Assembly: GCA_964631415.1 (NCBI GenBank) | Contig: CAZVZC010000011.1 | Location: 1 to 50,549 of the forward strand | Origin: an uncultured archaeon | GTDB taxonomy: Archaea; Asgardarchaeota; Thorarchaeia; Thorarchaeales; Thorarchaeaceae | Direction: 5' to 3' | DNA length: 50,549 bases | Shown: positions 19,443-28,680 of the stretch, piece after piece | How the letters are laid out: each line of letters opens with the position of its first letter | Numbering within the stretch: the stretch's first letter is position 1 | Notes under the pieces: model-generated | The model's input: only the letters and a program-made list of their open reading frames with translations | The model's database searches: none | Told to the model about the DNA's origin: nothing | Translations under genes and position numbers: made by a program

Positions 19443-20180
19443 ATGCCCTACTGGCAGGAACTCACCCATAAGCAATTCGTGAAGGCATGCCACGAAACAG
19501 AGGTGGCAGTCTTGATGACAGGTGCGCTCGAGGCACATGGTGACCATCTGCCGCTCGGCTCCGATAATCTGCTCCCAGCCTACCTTGCGGAGAACGTGGC
19601 GGCCAAGACAAAAGCCCTTGTCCTTCCACCCATACCCTTTGGTGAGAGCTGGACGTTCGGGCAGTATGAAGGCACGGTCACGGTGGACCCCGCAACGCTT
19701 CTTGATTTCTACGGTGAGGTCATGGAGTCGGTCTTCCGCCATGGTTTCAGATTCATAGTCGCATTGAACGGCCACGGTGGTAACTCGTCACTACTACAGC
19801 TTGCGGCGAGGAAAGCAACCATGGGGGGTGAGCGCACCGTTGTAGTCGTCAACTGGTGGACCGACTTGGCGAAGGATGTCAGAGAGAGTGTATTGGAAAC
19901 ACCTGAGGGCCATGCCGCAGAGGACGAGACATCTGAGATGATGCACATCAGACCAGAACTGGTTGACAAGTCATCATACACGGCTTCGGATGTGAGAATG
20001 AAATACACAATCGTTTCTGCCAGATATAGAGAGGAGCTTTTCCCTTCCGCAGTTCGCGGAGATCCCACAAGGGCCACGCCAGAGAAAGGCAAGCGCATAA
20101 TGGAGCGCGCAGCCGAAGAGCTACTGGAGCTGATTGCCCAACTCGAGAGAGGAGAATTGCCTCTGAAGAAGATGAGCTGA
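19443..20180 (+). CDS. Creatininase family amidohydrolase
   Basis: EAHGDHLPLGSD, NGHGGN and HAAEDETS. Confidence 0.9.
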   Translation: MPYWQELTHKQFVKACHETEVAVLMTGALEAHGDHLPLGSDNLLPAYLAENVAAKTKALVLPPIPFGESWTFGQYEGTVTVDPATLLDFYGEVMESVFRHGFRFIVALNGHGGNSSLLQLAARKATMGGERTVVVVNWWTDLAKDVRESVLETPEGHAAEDETSEMMHIRPELVDKSSYTASDVRMKYTIVSARYREELFPSAVRGDPTRATPEKGKRIMERAAEELLELIAQLERGELPLKKMS

Positions 20181-20250
20181 TTCACTGTTCCAATGGACGA
20201 TAGGGTTTCACCTAAGTGAGTCACAGCCGACCTCTCTCGACAACTGATGT

Positions 20251-21120
20251 CTAGATACCTACCTTGAAGATTAGTGCGTCCCTTAGGATTCTCTGGAACA
20301 TTCTCAGCAGGTTTGTGCCTGCGGTAGCGACCGTGCCAAAGACAGGATAGCCCTCAAGACCAAGCATGCCAATCATGTAGTCGACAGGCAATGCGTTCGG
20401 TATGTCCCTCTTGTTCAGGGCCACTACGATAGGCAAAGTCGCGGTTCGGTCTGTCCCAAGAGCGATTCGCAGCTCTTGGATTGAAGCCAGATTCTCGTTC
20501 ATCTGTTCTGGTGTGCTGTCAGGCATGAAGATGAGACCATCTGCGTCCCTCAATACTGCAATCCTGTTACTTGCATGTCGTCTCTGGCCGGCCACAGTGA
20601 AAACATCAAACACAATCTTTTCGCTTGCAGAAACCGGCACGAAGTCGAAGAATGTAGTCCGCCCCAGATCATCTGACACCTCGACAATCTTGCCCTTCGC
20701 CAGCGATCGCACGTTTGCAAACAACCAGCGAAGCGCCGTGGTCTTCCCTGAGAGCGACGGACCATAGAACACTATCTTGATGTGAATCCTGTCCTTGTCG
20801 TCTCTCTTCAGGAGCTTGCCAGGTACGACCTCAGCCGTAGTCTGCGGCATGATCTTCGCCGCTCGGGCTAGGTTCTGAGTCGCGGTCGCATCAATCATGA
20901 AATCCTCCCTCGATGCGACGAAAGTGCCCACAGGGACTGGAGATGCTGTGCCGCCATACGGTCTGACCACAGGAGGGCTAGGCGGGGCGGTAGCTTGGGG
21001 TTCTCTACCAGCAACCGCTGGTGTCGCTTCCGCGCTGCCAATAGGCCGGGACTCTTTGGTTTTAGGCTTCTTGCGCCGCGCGGTCAGCCTCCTGAATATC
21101 GACAAACCGCTCTCCGACAT
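20251..21120 (-). CDS. MglA-like small GTPase with an N-terminal extension
   Basis: KIVFYGPSLSGKTT, GRTTFFDF, FTVAGQ and NKRD. Confidence 0.85.
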   Translation of the reverse strand: MSESGLSIFRRLTARRKKPKTKESRPIGSAEATPAVAGREPQATAPPSPPVVRPYGGTASPVPVGTFVASREDFMIDATATQNLARAAKIMPQTTAEVVPGKLLKRDDKDRIHIKIVFYGPSLSGKTTALRWLFANVRSLAKGKIVEVSDDLGRTTFFDFVPVSASEKIVFDVFTVAGQRRHASNRIAVLRDADGLIFMPDSTPEQMNENLASIQELRIALGTDRTATLPIVVALNKRDIPNALPVDYMIGMLGLEGYPVFGTVATAGTNLLRMFQRILRDALIFKVGI

Positions 21121-21205
21121 ATTCCGGGCTGAGGCCAGTCTTAAACTTTGGGGGGATTGAGACTTCAGTGAGCTTTATCAGAGACTGGCTGGCCAGTCGG
21201 ACATA

Positions 21206-22330
21206 ATGCCAGAACTCTTGGATGCGGGCTTCATTGCCACGTACTTTCCCACACTGTCTGGGATGACATACCTCAATAACGCGTCGACTGGCATTCCGCC
21301 AGTCACGGCAATTGAGGCCATGAAGAGATACCTTGACAGAATGGCCCGGGCCGAAGACAGCTTCGAAGAAACCTTGGACACACTGAGCGCTGTACGCGGA
21401 CTACTGCCCAAGCTGCTCGGCGGAGACTCAAGCCAATATGGCCTTGTTCCCAGCACGTCAGAAGGTATCAACGTCTTTGCTCACGGGATTGAGTATCCCA
21501 GAGGGTCAAACATCGTCATTTGTGACCTAGAATTCCCTGCCAACTTTGTTCCTTGGCAGAACGCCTCCCGAATCTATGGTGCAGAACTGCGAGTCGTCAA
21601 GTCCCAAGACGGCGCGGCACCAATCGATCGGTTCAGGGATAAGATAGACGAGAACACAAGAGTCGTCGCAGTGAGTCAGGTCCAATTCGCATCAGGGTTC
21701 AGGACCCAGCTCAGAGAACTGGCTCAGATAGTACACCGTGTCGGTGGCTATCTCTTCACAGACATCATTCAGGCTGCAGGCTGTATCGAAACAGATCTTG
21801 TGAAAGAAACAGTGGACTTTGCTGCCGCCCAAGCCGCCAAGTGGCTGCTCGGCCCTGTGAGTGCAGGATTCATATATGCCAGAAAGGAGCTAATCGACAA
21901 GATCAGACCGATGTTTCTGGGCTGGTGGGGAGTGAAGGACGTAGAGAACTTCAGCTACTTCGAGAGGGTGCCTCAGCCTGATGCAAGGAAGTTCGAAGTC
22001 GGTTCTGCTTCTTTCATAGCATACGCGGGCTTCATTGAATCTCTAAGACTCCTCCTCAAGATACCTGCAGGAGTCCGAGAGAAGGTTGCACTCGATAATG
22101 CAGCGTACCTGAGAAAGAGACTGTCTGAAATCGATGTTGGCTACTATGACTTCGGCAGCAAGGGCAACTCAGCCATTGTCTCCTGTGCTCCAGCTAATGT
22201 CGATAGCGTGTACACTAGGCTGTCAAAGGAGAACATTCACTGCTCGGTGCGCAACGGCAGGCTTCGAGTTTCACCACACTTCTACAACACCCACGAAGAG
22301 ATTGACAGACTGATTGAGCATCTCAGGTGA
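21206..22330 (+). CDS. Class V PLP-dependent aminotransferase/C-S lyase family protein
   Basis: YLNNAS, STSEG, DIIQAAG, PLP lysine in AAKWLLGP, and RVSPHFYNT. Confidence 0.85.
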   Translation: MPELLDAGFIATYFPTLSGMTYLNNASTGIPPVTAIEAMKRYLDRMARAEDSFEETLDTLSAVRGLLPKLLGGDSSQYGLVPSTSEGINVFAHGIEYPRGSNIVICDLEFPANFVPWQNASRIYGAELRVVKSQDGAAPIDRFRDKIDENTRVVAVSQVQFASGFRTQLRELAQIVHRVGGYLFTDIIQAAGCIETDLVKETVDFAAAQAAKWLLGPVSAGFIYARKELIDKIRPMFLGWWGVKDVENFSYFERVPQPDARKFEVGSASFIAYAGFIESLRLLLKIPAGVREKVALDNAAYLRKRLSEIDVGYYDFGSKGNSAIVSCAPANVDSVYTRLSKENIHCSVRNGRLRVSPHFYNTHEEIDRLIEHLR

Positions 22331-23015
22331 TTGCTTGTTCCGGCGTATCTCGGGTCCCATCTACTTTCATGTGAGCACTTCCTTTGACAGTAACATCACC
22401 TACATCGATGGTGGAGAACGCCATGTTATAGTTGACACAGGAACCGGCCTGGAGTCAGCAAGGCTCGACCAGGACCTGAAGAAGCTTGGTACATCTTCCT
22501 CAGAGATTACAGACATCGTTCTGACACATAGTCACATTGACCACATAGGAGGAGTAGTTCCCCTACTGAGGTCCGGCTCACCGAAAATCTATCTCCATAA
22601 AGAGGAGGGAGAACGGATCAACTCAGGAGATATGGAGCTGACATTAGCTGACACATTCGGGACTGAGCTGGACACCATAAAGATTGACAGAATGCTTGCC
22701 GAAGGCGACGTCCTGGAGTTTGGCGACGTGAGCCTCAGGATATACCACACTCCGGGCCACTCCATTGGCAGTATATGTCTCCATGAAGAGAGCCTCGGCA
22801 TCATGCTGACTGGTGATACCATGTTTCCGGATGGCAGCTTTGGCAGGGTGGACTTCCCAACCGGAAACCAAGCGAAGCTTGTGGACTCTCTGCGCAGGCT
22901 GTCGGAGATTGACTTTCAGATCGCTCTGCCGGGGCACATGGGTCCTGTAATGCATGATGCAAAACGATCTGCTCGGGTGTCTTATGAGATAGCACGTGGC
23001 TGGTTCATCAACTAG
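22314..23015 (+). CDS. MBL-fold metallo-hydrolase (glyoxalase II-like)
   Basis: THSHIDHIGG, TPGHS, GDT and PGH. Confidence 0.9.
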   Translation: MSISGDCLFRRISGPIYFHVSTSFDSNITYIDGGERHVIVDTGTGLESARLDQDLKKLGTSSSEITDIVLTHSHIDHIGGVVPLLRSGSPKIYLHKEEGERINSGDMELTLADTFGTELDTIKIDRMLAEGDVLEFGDVSLRIYHTPGHSIGSICLHEESLGIMLTGDTMFPDGSFGRVDFPTGNQAKLVDSLRRLSEIDFQIALPGHMGPVMHDAKRSARVSYEIARGWFIN

Positions 23016-23994
23016 ATGTGGCTTCCGTGAGTTCTTCGGAACTGACAATGCCTGCGGCGCTCTGAGAACCAGACTTACGGAGGTACTCGAACTCGAGAGC
23101 TTTTACAAGAGCATATACCGAGTCACTCGCCGGGGTATCAATGCCGAGCTGCCGCGCGAGCCTGATGACCTCTCCAGTTATCGAGTCTATCTCGGTCCGT
23201 TTCCGCGCACGTATGTCCTGAAGCATGGAATTGATGTTCGCTCCCGTTGCCTTCGCTGTACCGAGAGTATAGCGAACGGGGTCGTCAGTCGTTAGGCGTA
23301 TCTTTAGACCTTCAGCCACTCTTGCAGTTTCCTGTACAAGGCGGAGGACCAGTCCTCTCAGGGCCTTGTTGTTATACACGTCACCGTTTGTGAGACCAGT
23401 CAAGGCACCAACAGGGTTCACTCCACAGTTCACTATCGTCTTCGTCCACACGACACCGTCAATGTTGTCGCTTGTCTGAACAACGAAACCTGCATGGCGC
23501 AAAATGACTGCCACTCGCTCAACCATGTCCGTGTTCTCGGGATGATGAGACCCAATCTCAGTGAGTCCTTGGCCTGTCACAGTCACCTCACCCGGATTCG
23601 TGACGAGCGCGCCCATGCACGTTGTCGCCCGTAGTACTCGGGTGCTGGCTAATACCCTCTCCACCTCCTTCTCTGTCCCAAGACCATTCTGGAGTACGAT
23701 AACATAAGCGCCGCGATCTACGAGGTGTCGAACCTTCGTTGCTGCACTGTTTGTGTCGTAAGTCTTGGTTGTGATGAACACTATGTCAGTCTCATGAATC
23801 TCCTCTGGATTGTCCGTGGCGTTCAGCCTTATTGTATGGTCACCGAGCACACCCTTGAGTCTAAGCCCGTCACGTTGAATGGACATGACGTGAGGCTTCC
23901 TGCCCACAAGTGTGACTTGGGTTTCGCCGGATATTTGCAGCAGGCCACCATACAGGCTGCCTATTGCTCCGGAACCCATGATGGTGATTCTCAT
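23008..23994 (-). CDS. panE: 2-dehydropantoate 2-reductase
   Basis: GSGAIG, LQNG, WTKTIVN and SMLQDIRARKRTEID. Confidence 0.92.
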   Translation of the reverse strand: MRITIMGSGAIGSLYGGLLQISGETQVTLVGRKPHVMSIQRDGLRLKGVLGDHTIRLNATDNPEEIHETDIVFITTKTYDTNSAATKVRHLVDRGAYVIVLQNGLGTEKEVERVLASTRVLRATTCMGALVTNPGEVTVTGQGLTEIGSHHPENTDMVERVAVILRHAGFVVQTSDNIDGVVWTKTIVNCGVNPVGALTGLTNGDVYNNKALRGLVLRLVQETARVAEGLKIRLTTDDPVRYTLGTAKATGANINSMLQDIRARKRTEIDSITGEVIRLARQLGIDTPASDSVYALVKALEFEYLRKSGSQSAAGIVSSEELTEATSS

Positions 23995-24803
23995 GATGTA
24001 GCCAATCCCTCCACCGTCTTCCCATTATTTGAACTATCTCTGCTCGCTTCTGACTCAAGGTGGGCCATGATCAATCGGATTGATTCACTCAGGTTGGCAT
24101 GATTGTCGAACTCAGAGGCCATACGCTTCAGGTCTTCTCTTGACTGGCCCTTCATCTCCTGTGCCAGCTCATTCATCAGTGGCAGTACGCGCACTATGTT
24201 GTCGACAATGGTTATGTTTGCATGTGTCGCTGTGCGACTCATTGGATTGAGATCGATAGCTATCACGAATTTCCCTACGGCTCTTAGTGCTTCGGTGCGA
24301 TCGCCATCCTCAAGGGGCACCAAGACCACGTCCGCTCTCGCGATACCGTCTGTGTCCACCTTCCTCCGGTTACTGCTTAGCTCTGGAATCGTCGTCGATG
24401 GACGGTCATGTGTGCCAAGGATTCCCTTTGCACCTGCCTTCCTGAGGCTCTTGACAATAGCGTCCTCTCGCTCTCTTGCATAGTAGAAGAGATTGATCTC
24501 CAAGGGAGCCCGGGCAACTTCAGATAGAGATACGAGGTCCTTTGCGACAAGCGCGCAGGCATTCCCATTCACGCTCACTACGGGGTGGTCTGCCGAAAGG
24601 ATCGCGGCCACAGCAGCACATGTAGCTTTGCGGGCCTGTTCACTTGTCCTCTCGCCAACCAGGTAGTCGAACGCCTCACCGCGGCCATGGGCAAGAAGGC
24701 CGGCGGTCGCCACGACATGTTTCTCGTGACCTTCAATCATTCGTTCCCTGATCTCAAGGGACGCTCTTCTCGGGTGGTCTGGAGGCACCTCGGTCTTCTT
24801 CAT
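23991..24803 (-). CDS. Phosphopantothenate synthetase (archaeal PPS)
   Basis: HPRRASL, AHGRGEAFDYL, VPLEDGDR and IDLNPMSRT. ATG overlaps the upstream TGA. Confidence 0.92.
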   Translation of the reverse strand: MKKTEVPPDHPRRASLEIRERMIEGHEKHVVATAGLLAHGRGEAFDYLVGERTSEQARKATCAAVAAILSADHPVVSVNGNACALVAKDLVSLSEVARAPLEINLFYYAREREDAIVKSLRKAGAKGILGTHDRPSTTIPELSSNRRKVDTDGIARADVVLVPLEDGDRTEALRAVGKFVIAIDLNPMSRTATHANITIVDNIVRVLPLMNELAQEMKGQSREDLKRMASEFDNHANLSESIRLIMAHLESEASRDSSNNGKTVEGLATS

Positions 24804-25744
24804 CCGATCACCTGGCCTCCTTTTGCTGATATTGAGGTGACCATGACCTCGTGTGGCTCCCATAGCTTCGAGAGAACGTCGACTGCTGTATCTGTTGCTT
24901 CTTCCCTACAGAAACAGAATATTGAATCGCCCAGCATAACTTGAGCGGACAAGCTCAGACCTACGGAATCCAACATGTTTAGACCGGATGTCACCCGATC
25001 TGTTGCTAGACCTGCGGCTTCAGCAAACCTGCGAGAGCAGGCCACAAGCGTGCTGATGGACCGATCCGCCTTCACAGACTCAACAAGCTTGTCAGCAGCT
25101 TGGTTAATCCTGTCATGCCAAGCCGTTTCCGTCAGAGCGGCTCTCTTGGCTTTGAAACCCTGGCCGCCCGCGAGAACGACCCGAAGCTGATCATCGTAGG
25201 GTATGCTCACTATCCTGCCTATGCCGGGTGCGCCAGGATGAGTCCGAACTTCTACACCACCCTTGAACTGACCAATCACGTCTCCAAGCCCCGTGTGATT
25301 GACAACCTCCGCACAATGAGCGAAGCCTGCAGCTCTCGACCGGGTCATCCTAGGATCCAGGAGCCGCCCCAAAGCGAGTGCAGTACTCAGAGCACCAGCA
25401 CCTGATGCGCCATACCCAACGCCGATTGGGATAGATGACTCATGCTCTATATGAGCGCTGAAGGTCTGGTCGTATTGCTCCGCCAATGTCCGTACCACCG
25501 TCGTTGTCACTGGTGCATCTATTCGTTTCTTGTTGTATTCGACAACCATGTCTAGTGATTTGCTCTCCAGTAGGCTGACAGTTGTCGTGGTCCCGGCCAA
25601 AACCGAGAACCCAGCACCAGTGGAGCCAGAGTATAGCGGCTCTTTGCTGCTGTCGTGGATTCTGAACAACCCTGTTATGTGACCCGGCGCAAATGCCCGA
25701 GCCAACCTCACTGACAAGTCCAATCCATGTCCTTGTTTTGTCAA
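24800..25744 (-). CDS. Pantoate kinase (PoK, GHMP family)
   Basis: FAPGHITGLF, GSTGAG, PIGVGYGASGA and TGLGDV. Confidence 0.92.
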   Translation of the reverse strand: MTKQGHGLDLSVRLARAFAPGHITGLFRIHDSSKEPLYSGSTGAGFSVLAGTTTTVSLLESKSLDMVVEYNKKRIDAPVTTTVVRTLAEQYDQTFSAHIEHESSIPIGVGYGASGAGALSTALALGRLLDPRMTRSRAAGFAHCAEVVNHTGLGDVIGQFKGGVEVRTHPGAPGIGRIVSIPYDDQLRVVLAGGQGFKAKRAALTETAWHDRINQAADKLVESVKADRSISTLVACSRRFAEAAGLATDRVTSGLNMLDSVGLSLSAQVMLGDSIFCFCREEATDTAVDVLSKLWEPHEVMVTSISAKGGQVIG

Positions 25745-25794
25745 CGCTGTTTGTAGAGGGTTACTTTACTCTTGTGTATACTATACTCCGACGG

Positions 25795-25810
25795 TATATA
25801 CATGTATATA
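25795..25810. promoter_or_regulatory. Perfect 16-bp palindrome upstream of the PoK-PPS-panE operon
   Basis: TATATACATGTATATA. Confidence 0.4.
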
Positions 25811-25844
25811 TCCAGACTCCGTCAGAGCAACGCCGGCACAGAAC

Positions 25845-26738
25845 TCATCTGCCAAGTGGGACCAGACTAGTGTACTCTTTGATCCTCGGATCGGAAGACG
25901 GAGCTGCGGGATAGGCCCAACGCGCATCCACGTCTCTGCCGCTAAGATCATACATCTGAAACGAGCCTGAACTCCACGTCAAGGGGCTGAAACCAAGCAA
26001 CAGTGTCTGGGTCCTCCAGCTTGTCACTACCAGATGCCTGTTCATACCAGCAGTCGGAACCACTAGAAAAACATTCGATAGCTCCATCAACAGTGATGTA
26101 CTGATTCTATAGAAGAAGCTGTACATCTTTCTGTGCTCCTCGGTCCCTTGGGCCCTCAGATCATTCAGGTATCTGACAATGGTTTCGTCATGTACTGCTG
26201 GATCCATAACGTCACTGAGATCTTCAACGTCCACCACAACTGCTGTTTCGAAATAGTAGGCCAAGGGAAACTCCGTGATATGGAAGATGACAAACTTGTC
26301 CTTGCTGATGATATGATAGAGATGCTGGAATATGGCTTGCTTTGAGTATAGCATGCTGGCGTCGAGCTTTGCAGGGTCGAAGTTCTTGGACTCGTCAGAA
26401 ACCACCAGTCTGAACATATCATCCAGCATGTCGCCATCATAGCCAATGTGTACAACGTGATAGGGCAGCTTGCCAGAATCATCGCTGAGGCGGCCGGTGG
26501 TTCTAAGAAAGTCGTTGAAGTCACGCTGGAAGGTGTCGACCTCATTATCATTGTCCAGTATGAACATTGATTGGCTGGGAGTACCAAGTGCGGACACTAC
26601 CCGTTCATAGGCTTGGAAACGGGCCCTCTTCTCGGGCTGCATCCTACTGAATATCGCCTCAGAATAGCGAGAAGAGTCCGCCAAGTCTTGCGCACCGCCA
26701 TTATATGTTTCTAGTGAGAGGGGATTTCCCCTCAGCAA
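25845..26738 (-). CDS. Hypothetical protein within the CoA cluster
   Basis: 297-aa ORF with globular composition and no recognised family. Confidence 0.6.
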   Translation of the reverse strand: MLRGNPLSLETYNGGAQDLADSSRYSEAIFSRMQPEKRARFQAYERVVSALGTPSQSMFILDNDNEVDTFQRDFNDFLRTTGRLSDDSGKLPYHVVHIGYDGDMLDDMFRLVVSDESKNFDPAKLDASMLYSKQAIFQHLYHIISKDKFVIFHITEFPLAYYFETAVVVDVEDLSDVMDPAVHDETIVRYLNDLRAQGTEEHRKMYSFFYRISTSLLMELSNVFLVVPTAGMNRHLVVTSWRTQTLLLGFSPLTWSSGSFQMYDLSGRDVDARWAYPAAPSSDPRIKEYTSLVPLGR

Positions 26739-26940
26739 TCCGTGCTGTTCCTGTGCGAGGGTCCAAGCGTGCTCTCTCTAACGGCCCAATCACAGGGGAG
26801 TCCGTCATTGGCGCATCGAACTTTCCTACTCGGCTCATATATTCTTTGCCCAAAGCCACAACAGGCAGTCCTATTGACGAAGGCTGCCGTTCGCTCAGTT
26901 TATCAATGGATGCGCTCCAAGCCTAACTGGGAACAGACCA

Positions 26941-28173
26941 ATGGAACACACATCGAAGCTCATCAGAGGGAGCCTCAGTGGAGTGCTGCAGGGACGCAAG
27001 ATAGCTCTGTGCGTGACAGGCAGCGTGGCAGCCGTGGAATGCGTTGCATTGGCGCGACGGCTGATGCGTCATGGGGCTGAGGTGTACTGCGTGATGAGTC
27101 CAATGGCACAAAAGATAATCCATCCCTATCTGCTGGAGTGGGCGACAGGAAACCCCGTGGTCACAGAGCTCACTGGTCAGATTGAGCATATCATGCTCGC
27201 AGGCAAAGACCCGGGCCATGTCGACCTCGTTCTGGTCGCACCAGCCACCGCGAACACGATAGGAAAGATCGCCAATGGTATCGATGACACACCTGTCACA
27301 ACCACAGTTTCATCTGCCATAGGCGCACGGATACCAGTCTTGGTCGTTCCTGCAATGCATGAGTCTATGTACGAGCACCCCGCCGTGGTCGCAAACATTG
27401 AGAAACTTGAGCATATGGGAGTAGGAGTAGTCGCGCCCAGACTGGAGGAGGACAAGGCGAAGATACCAGATGTCGAAACGATTGTCGATCGTGTGTTTGC
27501 TGCGCTTGGTCCAGGGGACCTTCACAACAGGCACTTTGTTGTCACAGCTGGGCCTACTCGTGGATGGATTGACCGTGTCAGGTTCATGACAAACCCGTCC
27601 ACAGGAAAGATGGGCATTGAGATCGCTAGAGAGATCATATCGCGCGGGGGTACCGTGACACTTGTCGTTGGCCCCACATCACTGACTCTCCCTGAAGAGG
27701 CTGAGATAAGGCACGTCGAAACGTCTCAGGATATGATGCAGGCAGTACTTGATGCAATCGCGGCGTACAAGACATCAGCCTTCATCTCATCGGCGGCTGT
27801 ACTCGATTTTGAGCCTGCGCAGAGGGAGGACAGGAAGAGACCGTCAGGAGAGGCGTACTCAGTCCAGCTTGTGCCAACCCCAAAAATCATAGAGGAAGTG
27901 CGAAAGAAGCACAAGCACCTCTTCATTGTCGGCTTCAAAGTGGAGTCAGGAGTGACAGACGAAGAACTGGATGCTCGCGCACGGGCCAAGGTGACTGAGG
28001 GCATATGTGACCTCGTTGTTGGCAATGATGAACGCAGAAAGGGCGCGGCCTTCGCAGCAGACACGAACGAGGTGTTGATAGTAGGACCAAAGGGATTTGT
28101 GAGAAAGGTCCCGCTTGCATCTAAGAGAGAGATTGCCCGTGTGATTGTGGATGAAATCGTGAAGAGAATCTAG
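26941..28173 (+). CDS. coaBC: Bifunctional phosphopantothenoylcysteine decarboxylase/synthetase
   Basis: TGSVAA, APATANTIGK, PAMH, TAGPT, NPSTGKMG and VGFKVE. Confidence 0.95.
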   Translation: MEHTSKLIRGSLSGVLQGRKIALCVTGSVAAVECVALARRLMRHGAEVYCVMSPMAQKIIHPYLLEWATGNPVVTELTGQIEHIMLAGKDPGHVDLVLVAPATANTIGKIANGIDDTPVTTTVSSAIGARIPVLVVPAMHESMYEHPAVVANIEKLEHMGVGVVAPRLEEDKAKIPDVETIVDRVFAALGPGDLHNRHFVVTAGPTRGWIDRVRFMTNPSTGKMGIEIAREIISRGGTVTLVVGPTSLTLPEEAEIRHVETSQDMMQAVLDAIAAYKTSAFISSAAVLDFEPAQREDRKRPSGEAYSVQLVPTPKIIEEVRKKHKHLFIVGFKVESGVTDEELDARARAKVTEGICDLVVGNDERRKGAAFAADTNEVLIVGPKGFVRKVPLASKREIARVIVDEIVKRI

Positions 28174-28220
28174 ACAGTTTGTAGAACCCGCCGGACCCAT
28201 GCGTAACTAATGAGGCGCAA

Positions 28221-28583
28221 CTACAGTATCTCTAACAGACCCTGAGCCATCCGTTTCATATCCACGAATATCAGGCCGAGCTGCGCGTCAGGCTTGGCGA
28301 GGACCAAGAGCAGAGCACTTCCTCCCACTGACGTGAGCAGGGTGTAGCCCCGGTCGCCTTTGACATATATCTCCATCAGTTGACCACGGTCGAGCTCGGT
28401 CGTCGCCTTCTCACCGAGAGACAGAATCGCGGCACTGATCGCGGCAACTCGTTCTTGTTCACTCTCGGGAAGAGCCGAAGATATCATGAGACCATCTAAG
28501 GAGACCAGAGCAGCACCTTCTACTCCAGGTACAGTTTCGAAGTCCCTTATGGCCTTGTTAATCCTGTCAACGCGGCTGGGCAT
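28221..28583 (-). CDS. Roadblock/LC7 (MglB-like) protein
   Basis: GVEGAALVSLDGLMISS...AAISAA...LGLIFVDMK. Real start is the ATG at 28583. Confidence 0.9.
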   Translation of the reverse strand: MPSRVDRINKAIRDFETVPGVEGAALVSLDGLMISSALPESEQERVAAISAAILSLGEKATTELDRGQLMEIYVKGDRGYTLLTSVGGSALLLVLAKPDAQLGLIFVDMKRMAQGLLEIL

Positions 28584-28680
28584 TGCTACTCCACTCCGTC
28601 GCAATACTCGTAACTCCTCTGACGGTCTTAAAACCTTATTGTGACCAAGCGACAGGTCCAGACCTGCTGAACCTTCTTGT

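Noticed and set aside
21206-22330. Cysteine desulfurase/Sec lyase linked to selD
   Set aside because: Lacks the catalytic Cys loop (RxGxHCA or SSGSAC), so only the class V family call is kept.
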